A stretch of 64,000 nt of DNA from a virus (IMGVR_UViG_2974753081_000001:64001-128000), one strand, 5' to 3'. Shown: positions 57,185 through 64,000, counted from the first letter of the stretch. Numbers and translations: made by a program. The notes: generated from the letters alone by a model not told the origin.

Positions 57185-57955
57185 ATGCCCGCTCTCCGTA
57201 GCGTCGGCCCCGTCCCGGTCTCGGGCAACGGTCTGGTCACCCGTGGCACCGCCGACGCCATGCTCACCGGCATGGTGGGACATGACGTTCTCGCCTCGAA
57301 GGTGGATGCCGCTGTCGCGCCGTATGCGCAGAAGTCCTACGTCGACACCCAGGACGGCTTGCTCGCGACCAAGGCCCAGGTGGACGCTGGGGACGCGCTG
57401 CTGATGCCGACCAGCTGGAAGAACGCCGCCAACGGCGTCTGCGGTCTCTCCGGCACCGACCTGCCGACCGCCAGGGTTCCTCGGGTTCCGGTGCTGCCCA
57501 CCATCTTCCAGCGGTCCTGGTACTACAACGACTTCACCCCGCTCGCCGCCAACGTCGGTGCTGAGGGTGAGATTGTCATCCTGAATGCTTCGATGCAGCT
57601 GCCCTCGAATGATCCGAGCGTCTACTACCGATTCATGTGTTTTGGCAACTTCGAGGGGTGGGCGCTCTCCGGCTCTGCCCCCTACAACAACCTCAGCGGC
57701 AAGCCGGTTTTCCGCGTGTATGTCAACGGCTACCTGTGCGGATACGGAGCGGGGCGCAATGGCGCGGGCTCGGCAGCTCCGTCTCCAGTGCCGGTGACCC
57801 CGGTCGCCGACAACCTCGGGCACGTGCCGGGTACCGGATGGACGAACAGCACCGCGACGGTGCGCGTCACCATCGCCTCGGCGTTTGCGAGCACGATGGT
57901 CAAGTACGACCCGACGCCGCAGACGCTGCTGACGATCATCGTCGTATCTGCGTAG
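57185..57955 (+). CDS. Fibre/minor tail-like protein, paralog 3
   Basis: KSYVDTQD, NGVCGLSG..LP; AGGAGG RBS; start re-called. Confidence 0.65.
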   Translation: MPALRSVGPVPVSGNGLVTRGTADAMLTGMVGHDVLASKVDAAVAPYAQKSYVDTQDGLLATKAQVDAGDALLMPTSWKNAANGVCGLSGTDLPTARVPRVPVLPTIFQRSWYYNDFTPLAANVGAEGEIVILNASMQLPSNDPSVYYRFMCFGNFEGWALSGSAPYNNLSGKPVFRVYVNGYLCGYGAGRNGAGSAAPSPVPVTPVADNLGHVPGTGWTNSTATVRVTIASAFASTMVKYDPTPQTLLTIIVVSA

Positions 57956-58010
57956 GGCTTGCACTAAACGCTACACGTGTGTATATTCGTAGGTGTTAGG
58001 GACGCAGTCC
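57956..58010 (+). promoter_or_regulatory. SigA-type promoter cassette 6
   Basis: TTGCAC-N17-TATATT, TACACGTGTGTA, GGAC-GCA-GTCC. Confidence 0.85.
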
Positions 58011-58034
58011 ACCACCCCCACGAAGGGACCTCCG

Positions 58035-58970
58035 ATGACCACCACCGCTACCCGCAAGCACACCCGCAAGCCGATGTCGGCTGCCAAGCGCGAGCAGGCC
58101 GCTGCCGCCCGCAAGGAGCAGGCCGAGGCGCTGCAGGCCGGACTCGCCGCCCAGGTCGCCGAGATGGCTTCGGGTGCCGCGTGGCGCGACTACCTGGACT
58201 TCGCGGGCAACTTCCACCGCTACTCGCTGCGGAACACGCTGCTCATCATGGTTCAGCACCCCACCGCCACCTCGGTCGCCGGATACAAGGCGTGGCAGGA
58301 GCGCGGTCGCCAGGTCATCAAGGGCGAGAAGGCCATCCGCATCTATGGCTTCGCTCAGAAGAAGGTCGAGGACGAGGTGACCAAGGAGGTCACCTACCAG
58401 ACCTACTTCCCCATCGTCTCGGTGTTCGCCGAGGACCAGACCGCGCCGATTACCGACGACATGATCGCCGACATCCGCAAGGCCAACCCGAAGGCGATCA
58501 CGTTCGCCGAGGCTCCGGTCAACCCGACCCAACGCCTGCAGGGCACCGATGACACCGACATCCTCGGGCGCGTCGCGGCGTTCGTGGAGGGCAACGGCTG
58601 GGAGTTCGCCATCGAGGCCGTCGGCGGCGGAGCCAACGGGTTCACCACCATCGACGGCACCAAGCGCGTCGTGGTCGAGGCCAACCTGGCTCCGGCGCAG
58701 CAGGCCAAGACCGCGCTGCACGAGGCCGCGCACATGATCCTCCACACCGACGAGGAGGGCATGGTTCTGGACCGCGCCACCAAGGAGCTGGAGGCCGAGA
58801 GCGCCAGCTACGTCGCCTCCAAGATGCTCGGCCTGGACTCCGAGGGCTACAGCATCGGGTACCTCACCGGCTGGAGCCAGGGCAACCCCGACGCGGTGAA
58901 GGCGACCGCCGAGCGGGTCCTGAAGGCCGCGCACCGGATCATCGAGGCGTTGGACCCCACCGACGACTGA
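58035..58970 (+). CDS. ardC: ArdC-like antirestriction protein (ssDNA-binding + HExxH domain)
   Basis: YS.RN.LLI, VAGY.AW...GRQV.KGEKAI.I, LHEAAH, ELEAE. Confidence 0.8.
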   Translation: MTTTATRKHTRKPMSAAKREQAAAARKEQAEALQAGLAAQVAEMASGAAWRDYLDFAGNFHRYSLRNTLLIMVQHPTATSVAGYKAWQERGRQVIKGEKAIRIYGFAQKKVEDEVTKEVTYQTYFPIVSVFAEDQTAPITDDMIADIRKANPKAITFAEAPVNPTQRLQGTDDTDILGRVAAFVEGNGWEFAIEAVGGGANGFTTIDGTKRVVVEANLAPAQQAKTALHEAAHMILHTDEEGMVLDRATKELEAESASYVASKMLGLDSEGYSIGYLTGWSQGNPDAVKATAERVLKAAHRIIEALDPTDD

Positions 58971-58977
58971 CCGACCC

Positions 58978-59015
58978 GGCGGGGGCTGTAACGAATCGGC
59001 CCCCGCCACCGATCA
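58978..59015 (+). promoter_or_regulatory. Terminator-like hairpin overlapping SigD-like promoter GTAACG-N16-CGATCA
   Basis: GGCGGGGGCTG-TAACGAAT-CGGCCCCCGCC; CGAT at 59010. Confidence 0.6.
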
Positions 59016-59042
59016 CCCACCACCCCGACCAAGGAGAAAATC

Positions 59043-59522
59043 ATGGACTTCGCCACCGCACTCACCCTGTCGATCAACGAGGAGTGGGGTCGTCACGTCG
59101 CGGCCAACGAACGACTGGGCGGACTGCCGTCGACACCGCGCGACGTGTTCGCTCTCACCTGCGCCAATTTCATCATCGCCGCGCGCGTCCATTCCATGTG
59201 CGAGTTTCCCGACGACACCACCTACGGCACGTTCTACAACTGCCGCGAGTACGGCGTGACCTACCATCGGCGCGGCTGGACGTTCGCGCTCTACGAGCAC
59301 CGCAACTCCGACCAGATCATTCTCAACGGCTGCCCCGACCCCGAGGTGCAGAGCTACGGGCCGTATGGCGACGTGGACGACAAGCACAACTACTTCGTTG
59401 CGCTCGGCCCCGAGGACTACTGGCCCGCTGCGGACGCACTGAAGCAGGCGCTGTCCGTTGCGAGCCCCGCCCTGACTCGGCAGGAGATGAAGGACCTGTT
59501 CGACTCGGACTTCGCACGCTAG
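59043..59522 (+). CDS. Hypothetical protein
   Basis: CCCGACCAAGGAG; FYNCREYG, EHRNSD. Confidence 0.7.
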   Translation: MDFATALTLSINEEWGRHVAANERLGGLPSTPRDVFALTCANFIIAARVHSMCEFPDDTTYGTFYNCREYGVTYHRRGWTFALYEHRNSDQIILNGCPDPEVQSYGPYGDVDDKHNYFVALGPEDYWPAADALKQALSVASPALTRQEMKDLFDSDFAR

Positions 59523-59555
59523 GCTCCCAACACCCCCGACCGAAAGGCTGTCCCG

Positions 59556-59825
59556 ATGATCACTCCCACCCCTGGCAACAAGGTCCTGGAATCGCCGGAC
59601 GGCGTGCCCTACGACCGCGTCCTGCATGCGTTCCTGGACACCCGGCACGTGGCCGTCGACTCCGAGGGCAAACCCGTGGGTCCAACCATGGGCGACCCGT
59701 TCGACCGCTGCATGATCCCCGTCGCGGTCTCAATGGACGTCTGCGACCACTCGACGGCGATCTGCAACGGCTGCCTGCAGGAGTGGGCCATCGACTACGA
59801 CTTCGCCGAGCTGACCGTATCCTGA
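59556..59825 (+). CDS. Hypothetical protein
   Basis: CCCGACC upstream. Confidence 0.55.
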   Translation: MITPTPGNKVLESPDGVPYDRVLHAFLDTRHVAVDSEGKPVGPTMGDPFDRCMIPVAVSMDVCDHSTAICNGCLQEWAIDYDFAELTVS

Positions 59826-59874
59826 CGGGGACCGGGGGCTGCTGGAAATAAAAATCCGGCAACCCCCGGCTTTG

Positions 59875-59938
59875 GACTTGCATCATTCCCTACACGTGTG
59901 TATATTTAGTGGTGTCAGGAAGACCAAGGCCGCAGGCC
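59875..59938 (+). promoter_or_regulatory. SigA-type promoter cassette 7
   Basis: TTGCAT-N17-TATATT, GGCC-GCA-GGCC. Confidence 0.85.
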
Positions 59939-59961
59939 ACCAACACCCCACGGAGGACAAC

Positions 59962-60303
59962 ATGTACACCACCCCCAACACCGCAGCCGCCACCTTCCAG
60001 GTCGGACAGGTCCTGGCCGAGCCTCTGGTCACCGACACCATCACCTACGAGGTCGTCAAGACCACCGCCCACACCGTCACCGTCCGCCGGACCCAGGACG
60101 GCGGCGAGCCGATCCGGGACCTCAAGGTCGACCAGGGTGACTACCCGGTCCTCTGGACCCCTCAGGTCCCCTGCCCCGAAGCGCCCGCCAAGACCCTCCG
60201 CATCCGCAAGGACGGAAGCATCCGCTTCGGCGGCGGCTACAAGCTCCGCCCCGCAGCCACGATCGAAGGCCAGCCCGTCCGGCGCGTCGATTACCGGTTC
60301 TAG
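59962..60303 (+). CDS. Hypothetical protein
   Basis: F.VG ... YEVVKTT..TV; GGAGG RBS. Confidence 0.7.
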   Translation: MYTTPNTAAATFQVGQVLAEPLVTDTITYEVVKTTAHTVTVRRTQDGGEPIRDLKVDQGDYPVLWTPQVPCPEAPAKTLRIRKDGSIRFGGGYKLRPAATIEGQPVRRVDYRF

Positions 60304-60309
60304 TCCGAG

Positions 60310-60333
60310 GAGCGGGGGCTTCGGCCCCCGCTC
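60310..60333 (+). terminator. Terminator hairpin with TTCG tetraloop
   Basis: GAGCGGGGGC-TTCG-GCCCCCGCTC. Confidence 0.7.
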
Positions 60334-60358
60334 TCTTCGGCTCCTACGGGCTCTCCCC

Positions 60359-60413
60359 GACTTGCATCTGACGCTACACGTGTGTATATTCGTAGTTGTA
60401 AGGGCCACCGGCC
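60359..60413 (+). promoter_or_regulatory. SigA-type promoter cassette 8
   Basis: TTGCAT-N17-TATATT, GGCC-ACC-GGCC. Confidence 0.85.
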
Positions 60414-60438
60414 ACCAAGCCTCACAGAGGAGATTCCG

Positions 60439-60711
60439 ATGAACGACATGATGCACCGCCCCGAGGTTTCCTTCCCGCTTCGCGCGATCGGCAAGGGCGA
60501 GTACGAGGGCACCAAGGTCATCAACGGCACCAAGGTCGTCATGAACGCCGACAAGTCGATGTGGGCCGAGAACACCTGGAGCCTGCACGTCTGGACCGTC
60601 AAGGCCGACGAGGACGGTTACGAGCGATACACCCTCATCCACAAGAGCACCGAGTGGAGCCTGAAGGACTGCCGGATGCAGGCCAAGATGATCGCCACCT
60701 ACGAAATCTGA
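60439..60711 (+). CDS. Hypothetical protein
   Basis: GAGGAG RBS. Confidence 0.65.
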   Translation: MNDMMHRPEVSFPLRAIGKGEYEGTKVINGTKVVMNADKSMWAENTWSLHVWTVKADEDGYERYTLIHKSTEWSLKDCRMQAKMIATYEI

Positions 60712-60743
60712 TCCCCACCCCGGCCAACTGATCCCACCAAGGG

Positions 60744-60765
60744 GGCGGGGGCTTCGGCCCCCGCC
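60744..60765 (+). terminator. Terminator-like hairpin with TTCG tetraloop
   Basis: GGCGGGGGC-TTCG-GCCCCCGCC. Confidence 0.65.
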
Positions 60766-60792
60766 ATCCCCATTCCCAGAACGGAACCCGCC

Positions 60793-61107
60793 ATGAACCC
60801 CGCCCAGATCGCTGCCTACCGCGCCGCTGCTCTCGCCGATTTCTCCGACCGTGACCTGCTCAACGAACTGCTCTCGCGCGTCGGACAGCGCGTAGCTCAG
60901 CTCCCGGAAGTTCGGGTCGGCGAGATCGACGTGGACGTGAACGACGCGATGATGGAAGCCGCCATCGACCTGGCTGCCGAGATGGGTGTCGACGCAGACG
61001 ACGTCGCGCGCCCGGACCCCAAGCCGGAGATGGACATCGTCGTCTCGGCGGCGGAGCTGTTCTACGGCCTCTCGGCGCTGGCGGGCTTCGACATCGTCAC
61101 CATCTAG
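60793..61107 (+). CDS. Hypothetical protein
   Basis: ORF between hairpin and cassette 9. Confidence 0.6.
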   Translation: MNPAQIAAYRAAALADFSDRDLLNELLSRVGQRVAQLPEVRVGEIDVDVNDAMMEAAIDLAAEMGVDADDVARPDPKPEMDIVVSAAELFYGLSALAGFDIVTI

Positions 61108-61171
61108 GACTTGCGCTGCGCGCTACACGTGTGTATATTTAGTGGTGTCAGGAAGACCAAGGCCGCAGGCC
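61108..61171 (+). promoter_or_regulatory. SigA-type promoter cassette 9
   Basis: TTGCGC-N17-TATATT; 59 bp identical to cassette 7. Confidence 0.85.
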
Positions 61172-61194
61172 ACCAACACCCTCAGGGAGTCACC

Positions 61195-61458
61195 ATGAAC
61201 GCCATCGACATTCAGACCGTCACGATTGTTCGAGAGGGCGAAGAGATCGTGAAGGTCTTCGCCGGAGCCCACCGGGTCCGCGCTGTAGCCGAGAAGATGT
61301 TCCCCGAGAGCGTCCAGCAGACGTGGGAGACCCTGGCCGACCCCACGGTCGTCACCCATTGCATCGAGTCCAGGTACTTCGTCATCCGAGGCATCGACCA
61401 TCGCGGCGACTACGAACGCTTGTTCCGCGTCAGCCACGAGCCGGTCGAGACCTTCTGA
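61195..61458 (+). CDS. Hypothetical protein
   Basis: GGGAG RBS. Confidence 0.65.
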   Translation: MNAIDIQTVTIVREGEEIVKVFAGAHRVRAVAEKMFPESVQQTWETLADPTVVTHCIESRYFVIRGIDHRGDYERLFRVSHEPVETF

Positions 61459-61470
61459 GTCACCAGCTAG

Positions 61471-61525
61471 GACTTGCACTAAACGCTACACCTGTGTATA
61501 TTTAGTGGTGTCAGGGACGCAGTCC
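61471..61525 (+). promoter_or_regulatory. SigA-type promoter cassette 10
   Basis: TTGCAC-N17-TATATT, TACACCTGTGTA, GGAC-GCA-GTCC. Confidence 0.85.
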
Positions 61526-61548
61526 ACCACCTCCACGAAGGAGTCACC

Positions 61549-61791
61549 ATGAAGACCATCGACATCCAGACCATCATCGCCTGCGCCGCCGGACGCATCG
61601 TCGGTCGAGTCGGAGCCGAGCGCATTGTCGACTTCGCCTACAGCCCCGAGCTTCATCCCTCCGCCCAGGCGCTGTTCGCCAAGGAGATCGACCGCGAAAT
61701 GCGCAACGTGATCAGCCGCCTTCCGGTCACCGTCCGTCGCGAGGCCCTGGAGCTTGCGGTCGTCGAGCGCGCTGAGGCCCTCACCTTCTGA
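61549..61791 (+). CDS. Hypothetical protein
   Basis: AAGGAG RBS. Confidence 0.65.
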   Translation: MKTIDIQTIIACAAGRIVGRVGAERIVDFAYSPELHPSAQALFAKEIDREMRNVISRLPVTVRREALELAVVERAEALTF

Positions 61792-61847
61792 TCCGATCCC
61801 GGAGGGGCATCCTGCCCCTCCCCCACCCCCGACCTGAGGAGGTCCCC

Positions 61848-62141
61848 ATGTCCGACACCACCGCCCGCGTCATGAACACCACCGACGTGCTCAACGCCGC
61901 CGAGGTCATCGAGGCCGCGATCCAGGGCAAGTCGGTCGCGCTGATCGACGTGCTCGGCAACGTCTCCTACGGCACCGCTCGCAGCATCGGCGACGAGCAG
62001 GGGTACTTCGCTCGCGGCGACGAGGACGTGCGCGACTGCTACCTGCGCATCACGATGCGCTCGGGCGTCGAGCGGTTCGAGAAGGTCAGCGACCTGATGA
62101 ACGGGCTGCGCACGACGTTCTTCCCCGGCGCTCACGAGTGA
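61848..62141 (+). CDS. Hypothetical protein
   Basis: CCCGACC + GAGGAGG. Confidence 0.65.
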   Translation: MSDTTARVMNTTDVLNAAEVIEAAIQGKSVALIDVLGNVSYGTARSIGDEQGYFARGDEDVRDCYLRITMRSGVERFEKVSDLMNGLRTTFFPGAHE

Positions 62142-62204
62142 CCCGCACGGGCTCCCTCTCGATGTAGTGTTAACACCAAACGCCACATCGAGCAGGGAGC
62201 CCCG

Positions 62205-63539
62205 TTGTCTGAGGAGACCGCGACCATCACCCCGTCGGCCACCGGCCATCACGAGGTCAACCACCCGTCCGAGCTGAACCTGGCGAAGAAGAATCCCCGC
62301 AAGGGTGACGTCGACATCATCGCCTCCAGCCTCCGGGCCAACAGCCAGTACAAGCCGGTCACGGTCAACCGGGGCACCTACACCGGGCGTCCGATGGAGG
62401 TCCTGGCCGGTAACCACACCGTGAAGGCCATCCGCAATCTCGCTGAAAAATATCCAGATGACGAGCGATGGCAGCGGGTCGACTGCTGGGTGATCGACGT
62501 GGACGACGACCGGGCCAACCGGATCGTGCTCGCCGACAACCGCACCGCCGACCTCGGTGGGTACGACGAGGATGTCCTGCTGGACCTGCTGCAGGACGTC
62601 ACGAGCCTGGAGGGCACCGGCTACTCCGCCGAGGACCTGGCCGCGCTTCAGCAGGACCTGCAGCCCAACGAGCCCAAGGCCGACCCCGACGACGCCCCGC
62701 CGCTGCCAGAGTTCACCGCGCGCTGCGAGGTCGGCCAGGTCTGGAAGCTCGGCCCGCACCGGCTCGCGGTCGGCAGCTCCACCGACGAGGCCCTGATGGA
62801 CCGCCTCATGGCTTCGATGGGCTGCGAGGGGATCGACGGCCTGCTCACCGACCCGCCCTACGGCGTCTCCTACGTCGGGGCCAAGGACATGTCGATCGAG
62901 AACGACGAGCTGCGCGACGACGCGCTGCAGGAGCTGGTCCAGGCCGCGCTGGCGAACGGCGAGCGGTACATGCCTCCCGGCACCCCGTGGTACATCTTCG
63001 GGCCATCCAACGAGCAGCAGATGTCGTTCCGGCTCGCACTGAAGGCGCTCGGCTGGCTGGTCCGGTCGGAGTGCGTGTGGGTGAAGAACGCGCTCGTGCT
63101 CGGTCGCGGCGACTACCAGCCCAAGCACGAATCTTGCCTGACCGGCGGCGACGACCCCGACACCGACGGCTGGGACGAGGAGCCGCCGCCCCCGGAGGGG
63201 CACGACGTCGCGCTCTACGGCTGGAAGCACGGCGCGGCGCACCGCTGGCTCGGCGACCGCAAGCAGACGACCGTGTGGGAGCACCCCAAGCCTCGGTCGT
63301 CGGCAGACCATCCGACGATGAAGCCGGTCGACCTGTTCGCGGCCATCCTCGCCAACTCGGTGCAGCCCGGCGGCATCGTGCTCGACCTGTTCTGCGGCTC
63401 CGGCACCACCGTGGCTGCTGCGTTCCTCACCGGGCGCAAGGCGGCGACGTTCGAGCTGGACCCGCGCTACGCCGACGTCATCCTGACGCGCTGGAAGAAC
63501 ATCTCCGGCGAGGACCCTGAGCTGGACGAGACGGTCTGA
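62205..63539 (+). CDS. ParB-like nuclease domain fused to N6A/N4C DNA methyltransferase
   Basis: NPR..D...I..S ... LAGNHT ... LADNRT; TDPPY; HPTMKP; DLFCGSGTT; ELDP.Y.DVI..RW. Confidence 0.9.
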   Translation: MSEETATITPSATGHHEVNHPSELNLAKKNPRKGDVDIIASSLRANSQYKPVTVNRGTYTGRPMEVLAGNHTVKAIRNLAEKYPDDERWQRVDCWVIDVDDDRANRIVLADNRTADLGGYDEDVLLDLLQDVTSLEGTGYSAEDLAALQQDLQPNEPKADPDDAPPLPEFTARCEVGQVWKLGPHRLAVGSSTDEALMDRLMASMGCEGIDGLLTDPPYGVSYVGAKDMSIENDELRDDALQELVQAALANGERYMPPGTPWYIFGPSNEQQMSFRLALKALGWLVRSECVWVKNALVLGRGDYQPKHESCLTGGDDPDTDGWDEEPPPPEGHDVALYGWKHGAAHRWLGDRKQTTVWEHPKPRSSADHPTMKPVDLFAAILANSVQPGGIVLDLFCGSGTTVAAAFLTGRKAATFELDPRYADVILTRWKNISGEDPELDETV

Positions 63540-63540
63540 C

Positions 63541-63945
63541 ATGACTGCACCGGATCAGCCGATCTCCCTGGAGCGCGCTCTCCAGTTGCGCAAGGCCGGG
63601 GCCACGATCCCCCGCCTCGCGCGGATGACTCAGCTGCCGGTCAACGAGTTCCAGGGCGAGCTGGCCGCGCTGCTGTTCGACAAGCACCCCGGCGTCGACT
63701 CCGATACCGCGCTCGCCCTGGAACAGCTCGACGCCCTCACGGCGGGCCTGTGGCCCAAGGTCGTGGCCGGAGACCCGTCGGCGGTCTCTCAGGTTCTCAA
63801 CGTCGCATCGCGGCGTGAGGTGCTGCTCAGCAAACCGCAGCGACGCACTCCATCGCAGAAGCTCGACAGTGCGGTGGCTGAACTCGTCGCGCGTACGCGC
63901 GGCACCTACGGAGAGGCCGACGATGAGGGTATCGAGCAGAGCTGA
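63541..63945 (+). CDS. HTH-containing hypothetical protein
   Basis: ALQLRKAGATIP.LA ... LEQLD.L...LW. Confidence 0.55.
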   Translation: MTAPDQPISLERALQLRKAGATIPRLARMTQLPVNEFQGELAALLFDKHPGVDSDTALALEQLDALTAGLWPKVVAGDPSAVSQVLNVASRREVLLSKPQRRTPSQKLDSAVAELVARTRGTYGEADDEGIEQS

Positions 63946-64000
63946 GTTCCTGGACGGACCGCTGCAGGGGCAGGTCCGCGAGTTCGACCGGTCCGAGCCC

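Noticed and set aside
55665-57955. Diversity-generating retroelement or invertible tail-fibre switch
   Set aside because: No reverse transcriptase or invertase in the window, no near-identical TR/VR pair seen by eye, and all three genes share one orientation
57956-61525. Regularly recurring repeats suggesting a CRISPR array
   Set aside because: Repeats are promoters separated by hundreds of bp of coding sequence; no constant-length spacers or cas operon, and the Cas4-like nuclease is a common stand-alone phage gene

Overview
High-GC window from a large actinobacteriophage (Mycobacteriales host type, Gordonia/Rhodococcus/Mycobacterium-like; the host cannot be fixed from sequence alone). Essentially all credible genes are on the + strand, many with ATGA/GTGA stop-start coupling. 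1-17.6 kb is a replication/recombination module: 5'-3' exonuclease, a class-III aminotransferase-like protein lacking the catalytic Lys, an Sm-like protein, DnaC-like loader, DnaB, primase, J-domain protein, SSB, DnaE, RecA, resolvase, Cas4-like nuclease, NUMOD4-HNH and a DUF932-like protein. At 17.7-17.9 kb are a tRNA-Arg(CCT) and an atypical ~110-nt tRNA-like RNA. 18-64 kb is a long run of small accessory genes, including ThyX, HIT, a PNK-type phosphatase, WhiB, Ltp and DUF732 lipoproteins, three paralogous fibre-like proteins, ArdC and a ParB-methyltransferase. The most striking unexplained structure is non-coding. (i) Twelve GTAAC(G/A)-N16/17-CGAT promoters match the Corynebacteriales ECF sigma SigD consensus. 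(ii) Ten SigA-type TTGC..-N17-TATATT promoter cassettes carry a TACAC-NN-GTGTA palindrome and a covarying triloop hairpin. (iii) About 20 copies of a CCCGACC(A) start-associated motif sit just upstream of ribosome-binding sites. (iv) There is a second palindromic motif and several structured RNA candidates. Functional calls come from motif recognition by eye; no database searches were run.
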